64,000 bases of DNA from Octopus sinensis (taxonomy: Eukaryota), in the NCBI RefSeq assembly GCF_006345805.1, contig NC_043000.1, forward strand, positions 13,640,001 to 13,704,000. The letters are read 5' to 3'. The position numbers and the translations under genes are program-made. The notes under the pieces are model-generated. The model saw only the letters and a list, made by a program, of their open reading frames with translations. It made no database searches and had not been told where the DNA came from. Positions 1 to 13,590 of the stretch are shown piece by piece (the first letter of the stretch is position 1; each line of letters begins with the position of its first letter).

Positions 1-302
1 TCTCTCTGTGAGCCCACCCAACCTTCAAATCCAATTTGAACAACACAGCCTTCCACCCTTAAATTGGAGTGGAGGAAACTACCAAATGTCCCATTGACAG
101 AGGGATGGGGGCTTCAAAGTTGGGGTGGGTTCGAGATGATGTGTGAGGGAACTGGTTGCGTCTGGGGTGTTGGTGGGTGGGCAAAGTGTATACATACAGG
201 GACCAAGAACACACATATACACACATACAGTGCTACATTGAAAAGTATATACAAATATGCACTACATGTATGTTTATATAGCACTTAGAAGTTCAAACAT
301 TC

Positions 303-1350
<1,048 letters not shown>

Positions 1351-3268
1351 GTTATCAGTCTATCTATCTATGTATATAGCTATCTATATGAGTATATATA
1401 TTTTAAGCTTTCTCTTAGGTATAGTGATACTAACAACCTGGTGTAGAACTCAATATCATATGCTTCTGAACAAAGCATTCATTAATCACGTACAGAACGG
1501 TAACAAGGAAAGCGATGACAAAGGAATAAAGTATTATCTTATGAACTTCATTAGCTTACAGTTGTTTCTGCTATAAGATGCGATGGACTCATAGATATGT
1601 GCCTGAGGTAACATATTACAGTTTCATCAGAACTTCAAACAAGAAGTACAATTTATTCAGGAAAACAAATACGAGTGTGTGTGTGTGCATGCATGTGCAT
1701 GGGCTTGTTGTAAGAAGCTTGATTCCAACCACATGGTCCCAGGTTCAGTCACAATGTATTTGTTTTCCCAAATAAATTGCATTTCATGTTTGAGGCTCTG
1801 CCAAATCCACTCATAAGGCTTTGGTCGGCCCTAGGCTATAGTAGAAGACACTTGCCCAATGTGCCACATAGTGGGGCTGAACCCAAAATCATGCGGTTGG
1901 GAAGCAAGCTTCTTACCATAAAATCACTCTTGCACATATATATAATTTTTTAACATCTATTTTTTTTACTTGTTTCAGTCAGTAGGCTACGGCCATGTTG
2001 GGGCACCGAAGGCTTTTAAGTCAAACAAAGGACTCCAGAAGTTACTTTTTAAAACCTAGTACTTAATCTATCAGTCCCTTTTGCAATTTTTTAGATATTT
2101 GTATGCATTTTCATACACACACACACAGAGTCATACATGAAGAGAAGAAATAGTTTGACAAAATTTCATTTAACAATAAGAAAATTCTAATATCACAACA
2201 AATTGTTTCGTAACTTAAAAACATGTAAATAATTTATATTGTTATATTTAATAATAAAGAAATTACTTGCATGTCTGCATTAATGCAAAATACAAAAAAA
2301 TCCTTCAAAATAATGCAGAATTTAAAGTACATCCTTAGGTGAAAGAAGGTCTTAAAAGAAGTGTACTCAATTTGTAATGCAAAATTTGTAGATCATTATC
2401 ATCATCATCACTACCATCATGAGTGTAGTGACCATTTTATCCATGCTAGCATGGGTGAGAGGGAAATTGTGAAGGCAGATTTTCTATGGATGAATGTTTT
2501 TCCAGTTGCCAACCCATACCAGCTTCCAACAAAGGTAATATTTTTCCAGTATCACTCATCTTTTCAGGGAAAACTGGGAACAAGCCACTGATATGATGGT
2601 AATATGATGTCAGCTATTGCAGAAAATTAAAACAAGGAGACATTAGCACACATGCATGCATGCACATATACACACGTGTATGCATGTGTATATGTATGTA
2701 TAAATATATATATATATATATATTCATACATATGTATGTATGTATTTATATAGATATATCGTCATCATCACAATAATCATCATCATTTAATGTCCATCGT
2801 CCATGCTGGCAAGGGACCCTAAAGCCATAAAATGGGGAGGAGTCCAAAGTCTGTGATACAGCCGATGAATCTGTAGAGGTGGTATCCTCCAATTCCCCTA
2901 AAGATATTTGACCATATGTTTGCATTTGCTAAAAATTTCTGATCTGGAGTATAGTTAGATGTACAACTGCTACTGGTGAGTTTAGAGTTTCATGTAGAGC
3001 TCCATCTATTTCCAGTATAATGATGCAGTTTCCACTCTACTTATTAGTATTATTGAGTTTTTTTTTTTTTTATTGGTGTAACATAATGCAATAAAGTGCT
3101 CCTCTGATAAACTGTTGTGGTTCAGCATACAATAGTACTTGGAATATCCAATGCAGAGTTGCCAAGTGAAACATGCATAAGGAACAAATGACATAAAGTA
3201 GTGTTTATTGTAATTTCTTCTGTGAACTGGGGATGTTAAATAATGATTATGATGATATATATATATAT

Positions 3269-3480
3269 CATCATCATCATCATCATCATCATCATTTAAC
3301 GTCCGTTCTCCATGCTAGCATGAGTTGGACGGTTCAACTGGGGTCTGGGAAGCCAGAAGGCTGCACCAGGCTCCGGTCTTATCTGGCAATGTTTCTACAG
3401 CTGGATGCCCTTCCTAACGCCAACCACTCCGTGAGTGTAGTGGGTGCTTTTTACGTGCCACCTGCACTGGTGCCAGGCGA
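3269..3480 (-). mobile_element. Short non-coding RTE 3'-end copy (young), (GAT)n tail
   Basis: Near-identical to the 3' UTR end of the RTE LINE at 27050-28300 and to copies at 11741, 17513 and 35877. (CAT)n on + is the (GAT)n tail on -. Confidence 0.88.
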
Positions 3481-3559
3481 TATATATATAGATAGATAGA
3501 TAGATAGATATATACATATATATACACATATATATACATATATAGTTGAAATTTATAGG

Positions 3560-3745
3560 AAAACAAAAGATGAAGACAGGTGTATGAACAACAAGTAGTT
3601 GTATTAGTTTGACACTCGAGGAAAATGAAAAAGTCTTTTATGTTTCCAGCCTATGATCTTCAACAGAAAGGAATAAGAGAAAATAAACAGAGAGAGAATG
3701 AAAAAAAACTTGCAGATTTAGCGGTCAAGCATGGTGAAGGATACA
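3560..3745 (-). mobile_element. Decayed PLE-like terminal repeat remnant with degenerate hammerhead-like motif
   Basis: Homologous to 17945-18070 in opposite orientation. The minus strand reads ctttCTGTTGAAgatcataggctgGAAAcat, a decayed CUGANGA...GAAA layout. Confidence 0.45.
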
Positions 3746-3749
3746 TACA

Positions 3750-3783
<34 letters not shown>

Positions 3784-5323
3784 CATATATACATACATAC
3801 ACACATATATACATACATACACACACACATACACCTACACACACATAAACACACAGAGAGGCTTTTTTATCAGTTTTCTCCACCAAATCTACTCACAGGT
3901 TTTTGATTAACCTGAGACTATAGTCAAAGACACTTGATAAAAGTGACATGCTGCAGAACTGAACCCAAAACCATGTTGTTGGGAAGTAAACTTCTCAATC
4001 ACACAGTTATGCCTGTGCCAGTAATATTTCATATAAATTATTCAATGTAGAAAGTACCAGAATAAAGCAAATATTAGCTATTAGTGGATACAGCAAGAGA
4101 CTACTAGATAGTATCATAGCACATTTTATGTAAACAACAGAATCAAAAGGAAAAAAAAAAAAAAACACACTAAAACTGATTCTTTACATCAAGCACCAAG
4201 AAACATGGATACCCCACATAAAATTTATAATGGTAACAAAAATCTATTCCAACTGAAAAAAAAAAAAGAAGGTGAAATGATTGCAAGGAATATCATAAAA
4301 GAGAATAAATAATGGTACTGATAAATTCGATATATACAATCACACCAACAAGCTAGAATAACTATTGGCATAGACAAACACTACTGACATGAATAAATGT
4401 ATAAAGCATCAAAGAGTGTCAGGAGATTTCTTGCTAAAAGTATAGCAAATTGTTTGTTGTTTGCAAATTTGCATGCCTTTATGATAGTTGTAAACATCAA
4501 GTTGTCAATGATGCAGCCAGTCTCTCTAAAGTGGTCAATCGGCTCATTAGAAACAGAAACGAAATCTATCTCTCAAGTGACATCCAGCAGCAAGCTTGAA
4601 AGGGTGGAAAAAAAGGAATCATAATCATCATCATCATCATTATCATCATCATCACCGCCACCACCACCACCACCGCCATCATCATTGATAGCAGCAGCAG
4701 TAGCCGTTCAAGAATTTGGACCTGGAGATTTCCATTTCCAGCGACTTCGAGGGCCACCTCCCCAGTGGTGTCGGGCGTCAACGAAGAGCCCTCGACTACA
4801 ACAAGACGACCGAAGTTTTTTTTTTTTTTCCCAAGGTCTGGGGGTCTCCTGCCCCTAAGCCCTAGACCATCACCTAATCGCCCTTACCTGTCTTGTTGCT
4901 GAACAACAACAACAACAACAACAGAAGCAGCAGCAGTATCATTTTAACGTTCATTTTTCCATGCTTGCATGGGTCAGACACAGTTTGTCAAGGTAGATGC
5001 CCTTCCTGTTGCCAACCTTCACCTGTTTCCAAGCAAGGCAATATTTGACCATAGTCTGACATTTTTGAAAGAAGAATGGAAAAACACCCCACCCCTCCAC
5101 ACACACACACACATATATCTATATGATGATGGATCTAAACGGACAAAGTGTAGGCACAAGCATAGTTCTGTGGTTCAGAAGTTTGCTCCCCAACCATATT
5201 GATTTTCAGTTCAGTCTCACTGCATCATAAACACCTTGGGCAAATGTCCCCTACTATACCCCACAAGCCAAAGTCTTGCAAGTGGAGTTGGTAGATGGAA
5301 ACTGAAACAAGCCCATTGTGTGC

Positions 5324-5378
<55 letters not shown>

Positions 5379-6007
5379 TATACAAAACAAGCTTTGTTTT
5401 GTTTATGTCAACCAAATCCATTCACAACACTTCGATCAGCCAGGGCCTCTAGAAGAAGATACTTGCCAAGGTGCCACACAGTGGGACTGAACTCAAATCC
5501 ATGTGATTGAGAAGCAAACTTAACCACACACACAAGAGTAGATGGTGGCGGCGGGGGGAGGGCACTTTTCATCCTGTTGTAGACTATTGCTGCAGACAAT
5601 ATGTGTTTTTTGTAGGGCCTGGGAGTAGCAGACAGAAGTGCCACCCTGGGTGGCACACACTCTGGCTATGCTAGTGACCACACAGCCATATTATAAAAAT
5701 GATTAAAAGAGTGAAGGTATTTTTCAGATATTTAGAGTTTCCAGTACTCAACAGTCAACAGGAAATTAGTTCTGCTTGTAACTAATTTTCTGGTGGCAAC
5801 CACTACACTAACCTGGCCCTGGATTAACCACCAGGTCCACTAATTCTGTCTCAGAAAATCAACTCTTTGGAATCATTTCTTTACTCAAGTTTTTCCTACA
5901 CTTGTTGACTATCAACAGTTCAACCCTTTAAGACATGCCTCTCATTCTGTAAGATAAACTTCCTATTTGTGTAATTAATATTAATAACTTCCTGCAGAAT
6001 TTCATGT

Positions 6008-6213
6008 CCAAAAGTAGGTTTACAGTTATCACGTAGGCATTTTAAATCTCTTTTAAAACATTTTATTACATCTAAATTTCTCTCATACAATTAACTAAAT
6101 TAGCATAGAATAATGGTTTCGTATTTTTTTGATAATTAAGATCTAAACTATTAATATATGAAATGGAAAGAGATAGTTGAATAACTGTAAACCTACTTTT
6201 GGGCCACCCTGTA
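6008..6213. mobile_element. Tc1/mariner-type MITE
   Basis: Inverted repeat ccaaaagtaggtttacagttat (6008-6029) / ataactgtaaacctacttttgg (6181-6202). The right end ...gggccaccctg-TA is a typical TACAGGGTGG end. Confidence 0.75.
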
Positions 6214-6431
6214 TTCCAGATACCAGCTTGAGAACGGTTTCAAATTTTAGCACATGGTCAGCAGTTTTAGGGAGAAGGGGATAGTTGATTACATCAGCTC
6301 AATGGATCAATACTCTATTTTACCAATTTCAAAAGGCAAAGTTGGCCTTGACAAGATTTGAACTCAGAACATAAAGAGGTAAGATGAATATTACTAAACA
6401 TTTTGTCTGCAAGATCCTACCTTATTAAGAT

Positions 6432-6797
6432 ATTCTTTTATTTGTTTCAGTCCTTTGACTGCAGCCATGCTGGAGCACCACTTTTAGTCAAACAAATCAA
6501 CCCCAGGACTTATTCTTTGTAAGCCTGGTACTTATTCTGTTGGTCCCTTTTGCCAAACTGCTAAGCTATGGGGACATAAACACACCAACATTGGTTGTCA
6601 AGCAATGGTGGTGGAGACAACACAGACACAAAAACACACACACACATAAACAATAAGCTTCTTTCAGTTTCTGTCTACCAAATTCACTCACGAGGCTATA
6701 GTAGAAGACACTTGCCCAAGGTGCCATGCAGTGGGACTGAACCCAGAACCTTGTGGTTGGTAAGCAAACTACTTACCACCTAGCCACTCTTGTGCCT
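6432..6797 (-). mobile_element. tRNA-derived SINE, family A (older copy)
   Basis: Same A box (tggctgtgtggtaag-like), B box (ggttcagtccc), accttgggcaagtgtc core and gactgaaaca tail as 15672-16064. Confidence 0.85.
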
Positions 6798-8045
6798 ATA
6801 TTCCAATATTCTAAAAATATATTACAAAGTAGTAAGAAAGGATCCTGAAACGTTGGGACTCACAGAGGGGATGGCAGGGGACCGAGACTCTTGGCAGTTT
6901 GCTGTGCTTGAAAAGGCACATCAAGCTAAGTAAAAGTGTGGTTACCCTTGCATACAGGTTCTTTCCTTGCAACCCTCTCCAGCTGAGCATCCCTAATCTT
7001 GTGGGCTCATAAGTGCTGGTGCCATGTAAAAAGCATTCATGTTGGTGCTGTGTAAAAGCACCCAGTACACACTGTAAAGTGGTTGGCTTTAGGAAGGGCA
7101 TCCAGCAGTAGAAACCATGCTAAAACAGACATGGAACCTGAACAGCCCTTCAGCTGGTCAACTTCTGTCAAACCATCCAACCCATGCCAGCATGGAAAAT
7201 AGACATTAAATGATGATGATGATGATGATGATGACGATGATATTTCAACAGAAATATTATAAGCAAAAGTAAAATAACAAAAGTGCTAAACAGAGCATTA
7301 ACAGCATCAAAATCAGATATAAAACAGTATATACAAAAGATATATACAAAAGTCAGGGCATTGCCTCTTCACCCACACTCAGCAAGTACAAAAGAAAGAA
7401 AAACAGAATGCTCCGACAACTAATACAAATCAGTTTGAAAGTTACAAACTTCCAGTATGTTAGTAAACAGATGTCCGTACTTCTAGATTCCAGGCATCAT
7501 ATAACTGCCAAAGTATGTAAGCAACAGACATGGCTGAGTGGTTAAGAAGCTTGCTTCCTAACCATGTGGTTGTGGGGTCAATCCCACCTTGTGCTAAAGT
7601 CTTCCACTATAACCCTGGGCTGACCCTGACCAAAGTCTTGTGTGTCTATCTAACTATCACTCTCTCCCCTCCTTCTCTCCCTCTCTTTCTTAACTTGCAC
7701 ACACACATACACACACATGTGGATTACTGCATAGCTTCTTGCCCCAAACTCCACTTATGAAGTATTGGCCAAATTGAGGACATAGTAGCAAACTCTTACC
7801 ATAGATGACAAACCTGAGAGCTATTCTGGTGTCACATAGTTGTGAAGCAAACTACTTGACCATATAACCATTCAATGAATTTTAAATAAATCTTTCATAA
7901 GGAATATAAGGCACATTGTTGGTTTCAGAAGCTCTTGGAAACCCATTTATGTTTTAAATTTTAGAAGCAGTCAATCAACCAGAGATATTCACATTTTCAT
8001 TTCTAAGTGTTTCACAGGAAAACCTTCACAAAGATACATTTTGTG

Positions 8046-8095
<50 letters not shown>

Positions 8096-8100
8096 GATTA

Positions 8101-8190
8101 GAAATAGAATTAAACTAGAAGAGATGCAATTTGGTTTTATATCTGGGAAGAGTACCACAGATGCCATCTTCCTAGTGAGACAGCTGCAGG
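8101..8190 (+). pseudogene. RTE LINE reverse transcriptase fragment
   Basis: Translates IRNRIKLEEMQFGFISGKSTTDAIFLVRQLQEKY, matching the RT region of the 54939 element. Confidence 0.85.
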
Positions 8191-8199
8191 AAAAGTACA

Positions 8200-9115
8200 A
8201 AATCATCCGCTTTCCATGCTGGCATGGTTTGACTGAGGACTGGCAAACCAGGAGGCTGCACCATGCCCCAATCTGATCTGGCAAGGTTTCTACAGCTGGG
8301 TGCCCTTCCTAGTGACAACCACTCCAAGAGTGTAGTGGATGCATTTTATGTGACACTGGCATGGGAGCCAGTCAGGCAGCAAAGTCATTGGCCATGCTTG
8401 AATGGTGGTTTTTATGTGCTACCAGCATGGGAGCCAGTCAGGCGACACTGACATCAACCATGCTCGTATGGTGCTTTTTACATGCCACCAGCAAGGGAGC
8501 CAGTGCAGCAGCACTGGCATCACTCACGCTCACTTGAATGGTACATTTTACATGTCACTGTCATGGGTGCCAGTCAGGCAGTACTGGCATTGGCCACGAC
8601 AGCAATTTTACTTGACTCAGTAGGTCTTCTCAAGCACAGCACATTGCCAGACGACTGAAGGGAACTCTTAAATGGGCCGGTTATGCAACACTGGCATAGG
8701 TCATAGCTATGACTTCACTTAGCTTGCTGGGTCATCTCAAGTACAGCATATCTCCAAGGGTCTTGGTCACTTGTTATTGCCTCAGTGAGGCCCAACGTTC
8801 GAAGTTCATGCTTCACCACCTCATTTTAGGTCTTCCTGGCTTTTACCTCTTCCACAGGTTCCTTCCACAGTTAGAAATTAGCACTTCTTTACACAGCTGT
8901 ACTCACCCATACATAACACATGACCATACCAGCGCATTGTCTCTCTTGCACATCACACCTGATGCTTATGTCCAACTTTTCTCTCAGGGCACTCATACTC
9001 TGTCGTGTATGCCCACTGACGTTACACATTCGGCGGAGCATACTAGCTTCATTTCTTTCAAGCCTATGCATGTCCTCAGCAGTCACATCCCATGTTTCAT
9101 TGCCATGTAGCATGG
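8200..9115 (-). mobile_element. Decayed RTE LINE 3' portion (ORF C-terminus plus 3' UTR)
   Basis: Minus strand translates TAMLHGNETWDVTAEDMHRLERNEASMLRRMCNVS...RESTAV-like, followed by gtggcacgtaaaa-type subrepeats and the tail. Confidence 0.85.
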
Positions 9116-9420
9116 CTGTTTTATGTGTGTGTGTGCATATATACATATATATATATTGTGGTTGATCCCAATGGTTTCTAAGTATGTGTTTGAAGAAAAC
9201 TGAAAACTAAAGCAATAGGAAAATAAAAAAAAACATGTAAAACTGCATAAACTGCATCCATTTGTGATGGCTGCATGAATGTAACTTCAGTCCAATTATG
9301 GGTTTTCCTATGAAGTCACAATGGAAACATTGATAATTTTGATTTTGCCTGGGATTGGGCAAGGCAAACGGTTTGGCAAGACTTGACAAGGACATTTAAT
9401 TTAGATATATAATAATAAAA

Positions 9421-9451
<31 letters not shown>

Positions 9452-9459
<8 letters not shown>

Positions 9460-9585
9460 AAAAGCTGTTTCTAGGATATTCAAGCTATTGGAAAATCATG
9501 CCAAGCCAAAATTCCATAGGCCAAATATTCCGATGTTCAAATAGCTTGAATATTCTAATATTCTAGAAACAACTGTTAGAGACTA
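9452..9585. mobile_element. Small TA-flanked MITE
   Basis: TA-gtctctaa...ttagagac-TA ends, plus the internal inverted pair gatattcaagctatt / aatagcttgaatattc. Confidence 0.7.
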
Positions 9586-10151
9586 CGTGTACTTTTTTTT
9601 TATTATTATATATCTAAATTAAAAGTCCTTGTGAAGTCTTGCCAAATGGTTTGCCTTCAAAGAGAAGCCACTCCTAGCCGCTTCACATGCAGTTCAAAGT
9701 GGAGTTTTAGTGGAATACTCAGAGTGCGTATTCATTAGTTTGAGTTACCTGACAGAAATTCCTTGAATACTTTATTTGAATTTATCAATGTATGCATGTA
9801 TGTATATGGCAGCAACATGGAAGACACATGTAAGCCAAATGAAAAACATGCAAAGACTGTTAACTTCACTTACGCATTTATTATTTGTTATATGGCATCA
9901 AAATTTTTGCTACATGAACTGCAACCTGGTCACTGCATATACATTGCATGTGTGTATATGTGTGTCTGTGTCTGTGTGTCTGTGTATATATATGTGTGTG
10001 TGTATATACATATATATATATACACATATATATATACACATATATATATACATATATATATACACACATATATATACACATATATATATACATATACATA
10101 TATATATACATATATATATATACATATATACATTTATACATATATATATAC

Positions 10152-10238
<87 letters not shown>

Positions 10239-10725
10239 CTGTATGTGTACATATGTATACATGTGTGTGTGTATATATCATCATCATACATATATATATA
10301 TATATATATATAATATGGAAACAGAGAGAAGGAAAGAGGGATAGAGAAGAGAAATCAAAAGAAAAGATAAGGAGATAGAGAAGAAAAGAAGGGGTGAGGG
10401 AGAATAGCAACGAGGGAAGGACAGATGTAAGTATTATGATATATCTATAGGAAACCTAATCCAAGCAGATTGCAACAAAGTTGAGTTGTGAACCACACCA
10501 AACTAATCTTGAATTAATCAGAACTATCAGGAGTATAGGAGTCAGTAGAAGTGATTGACTTCCTCGGTTTTCTACCAATTCTGGAACAGCCAACTCCACC
10601 TCCACCTCCTGCTGTTCATGTTTCATTAATACCATTCTCTCCGTGTTCCCTTCTTTCTTTCGCACTTACACTCATAGTCACAAAAACAGCACCACAAATA
10701 TATATTTTGTCTTTTTGGCTTATTT

Positions 10726-11220
10726 ACTGGAGGGGGAGGGGAGGGGGGGGGGAGGGGCGAGGGGGGGGAGGGGAGGGGGGATGAGGATGAGGAGGGGGGA
10801 AGGAGGAAGAAGATAGAAGGAGGAGGAGGAGAAGGAGGAAGAAGAGGAGAAGAGGAGGAGGAGGAGGAGGAAGAGGAGGAAGAGGAGGAGGAGGAGGAAG
10901 AGGAGGAAGAGGAGGAAGAGGAGGAGGAGGCGGAGGTGAGGAGGGTGGTTGTAGTGATGATATTGATGATGACGAGGAGGAGAAGGAGGAAGAAAAGGAG
11001 GAAGGAGGAAGAGGGGAGGAGGAGGAGGCGAGGAGGGTGGTTGTAGTGATCATGATGATGAGGAGGAGGAGGAGGAGAAGGAGGAGAGGGAGAAGGAGGA
11101 AAAGGAGGAAGAGGAGAAGAAGAAGAAGGAAGGAGGAGGAGGAGGAGGAGGAGGAGAAGAAGAAGAAGAGGAAAAAGAAGAAGAAGAGAAGAAGAGAAGA
11201 GGAGGAGGAGGAGGCAGAGG
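10726..11220. repeat. G-run and (GGA/GAA)n purine-rich low-complexity tract
   Basis: Almost pure purine + strand, with G-runs at 10726-10800. It accounts for the poly-L/S/P/R/E ORFs. Confidence 0.95.
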
Positions 11221-11599
11221 AGCAAAAATAAAGCTCAGATTTCAATTAAAGTTAAAGACCAAAACATTCTTTCAAAAAGTTCATTTACTGCAAATAATCT
11301 AAGACTTCTAGGTTTAGTTTTTATTATTATAGGGGAAGAGAGAGAGAGAGAGAGAGAGAAAGAGAAAGCAGTGAGCTAGCAGAATTGTTAGCATGCTGGA
11401 CAAAACGCTTAGCAGCATTTAAAGTCCTAAGTTCAAATTCCATCAAGGTTGACTTTGCCTTTTATCCTTTCGGGGTTTACTGTTTTACTTGTTTCAGTCA
11501 TTTGACTGCGGCCATGCTGGAGCACCACCTTTAGTTGAGCAAATCGACCCCAGGACTTATTCTTTGTAAGCCTAGTACTTATTCTATCGGTCACTTTTG

Positions 11600-12490
11600 G
11601 GTTGTATGCAACATTTCAAGTGACACAAGTGTTTCAAAAGCATAAGAACATTCCTGAAAGATGATGAGCAGCACCTGGAAGACCTGCCATGAGTGTCACC
11701 CCTAGAAATGTGGAGAAAATTCATAAGTTGGTGCATAAGTGCCGCCTCGACTGGCTTCCGTGCAGGTGGCACGTAAAATGCACCAATCCGACCGTGGCCG
11801 ATGCCAGCCTCGCCTGGCACCAGTGCAGGTGGCACGTAAAAAGCTCCCACTACACTCACGGAGTGGTTGGCGTTAGGAAGGGCATCCAGCTGTAGAAACA
11901 TTGCCAGATAAGACCGGAGCCTGGTGCAGCCTTCTGGCTTCCCAGATCCCCGATCGAACCGTCCAACCCATGCTAGCATGGAAAATGGACGTTAAACGAT
12001 GATGATGATGATGATGATGATGACACTGAGGTGAGGCAGCAGTCATCACAATGGAAGAGCCCTTCATCTCCAAGACCAAAGAAGGCACAACAGAGTTGCA
12101 GCTCAATCAAGAGCATGTTCATTGTTGTTTTTGACATCCGTGGTAGTGTGCATCAAGAATTTATCTCCCAGGGTCACAATGTCAATCAAAAGTTCCACTG
12201 AGAAATTTTGAAGCATTTGGTGAAAGCAACTGGATCTTTGTGGTGTGCAAAGAATTGGATTCTTCTTGACAACAATGCACTGTCACTGAGCTCTCCTCAC
12301 TCATGAGTTTCTCACCAAAAACATGGTATCGCTTCTGCACCCACCCTATTCACCAGATTTAGCACCTGTGAACTTACATCTCTTCCACAAGATGAAAATG
12401 CTGCTCAAAGATAACTGTTCTAACACTGTTGTCAAGACCAAGAGCAAATCACAGAAGGTCCTTGACTCCCAGAAAATGACTTCCGGGCTA
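11600..12490 (+). pseudogene. Mariner (DD34D-type) transposase relic, interrupted by an RTE-tail insertion
   Basis: Translates ...SVTPRNVEKIHKLVHK, then QQSSQWKSPSSPRPKKAQQ...KSMFIVVFDIRGSVHQEFISQG and LHPPYSPDLAP, with stops and frameshifts. Confidence 0.88.
11741..12023 (+). mobile_element. Short non-coding RTE 3'-end copy (young)
   Basis: Matches the 3' end of 27050-28300 and ends catggaaaatggacgttaaac(GAT)n. Confidence 0.9.
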
Positions 12491-12592
12491 GATTGAACAT
12501 GGAACATCCATTTAACTGCTTCTTTATTTTACTAAGTTTGTTGTTCAATACAAAAGTCTATGTTGTCCCAGAGAAGCATAGTGTTGTCATTC

Positions 12593-12727
12593 TAACCTTT
12601 AGCATGCTGTAGGTGCATCATGTTGCCATATCAGTTTCTCCCTTCTCAATGCTACACAACGTGCGTGAAGCTACAGGGGAGAAAACTTGTGCAGTGACAT
12701 GATGCACCTAAGCATGCTAAAAGTTAA
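12593..12727. mobile_element. piggyBac-like MITE
   Basis: Inverted repeat aacctttagcatgctgtaggtgcatcatgt / acatgatgcacctaagcatgctaaaagtt. TTAA at the right end and degenerate CTAA at the left. Confidence 0.6.
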
Positions 12728-13346
12728 TGCACTTAAAGTATTTGTCTCTATATTTATTTGCTACATCAGAACCCATGCTGATTATCAATTCTCCGAAAGA
12801 AGTTATTATTTATACTGATTGGGAGAAAGCAAAACACTGAGTCAGTATAGCATTCACCATAAGGGAAATAATCCAAAACAAACGCTAGTATTATTATTGT
12901 GGTCTTTCAGCACTGGGTAAAAAAACTATGATTCAAGCTATGATCAACCCACTTCCTTGTTTTTCTTAGTTTTTATTTTTCAAATATGGTGTACCTAAAG
13001 CTAGATTATTATCTATAGCATGATTTGAAGGTGACTTGATTGCTGTTTCGTGCAGGCCTTGTGGTTACATAGAGGTTCCCTGGTTGATGTTAGGTATATA
13101 TATTAAACATATTCAAGATAAATATTATTAGGAAAGCAAAAAAAAAAAAAATATGGCTTGTGCTGGTCTATTGTTGACAAGAGCACATAGTAACCCTTTA
13201 AATTTAGTACATATACGCACACGCACACACATATATATACACACACAGACACACATACAACTACCCATATATACACAATATACATATTATATGTAAGAGA
13301 TGTACATATGTACATCTAATATCTATATATATATATATATATATAT

Positions 13347-13405
<59 letters not shown>

Positions 13406-13419
13406 TATATATATATATG

Positions 13420-13590
<171 letters not shown>

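Noticed and set aside
10-135. Possible inverted repeat gcccacccaaccttcaaa / cttcaaagttggggtgggtt
   Set aside because: Only about 70% matching over ~22 bp with no TSD, which is compatible with chance.
4383-4570. Minus-strand frame ...FRETGCIIDNLMFTTIIKACKFANNKQFAILL with faint PPR-like spacing
   Set aside because: It has an in-frame stop just upstream, a weak acceptor and no second repeat, so the resemblance is not supportable by eye.
4710-4815. Plus-frame RQRRALDYN resembling a TGF-beta furin site
   Set aside because: There is no following cysteine domain and no credible splice sites, and the frame runs into poly-T.
4888-4898. Possible 11-nt minus-strand microexon, and similar AG...GT pairs at 32638-32680(+), 38690-38692(+) and 45935-45962(-)
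   Set aside because: Such splice-like pairs arise often by chance in AT-rich DNA. They do not chain into a recognisable protein and need RNA-seq support.
10626-11245. Long L/S/P- and R/E/K-rich ORFs (also 45219-45780)
   Set aside because: They are low-complexity GGA/GAA repeat translations that are open in several frames at once.
11584-11979. Recurrent [24 protein letters not shown]... (also 17435, 27999, 35914, 57911)
   Set aside because: It is the antisense reading of the RTE 3' UTR tail, not a gene family.
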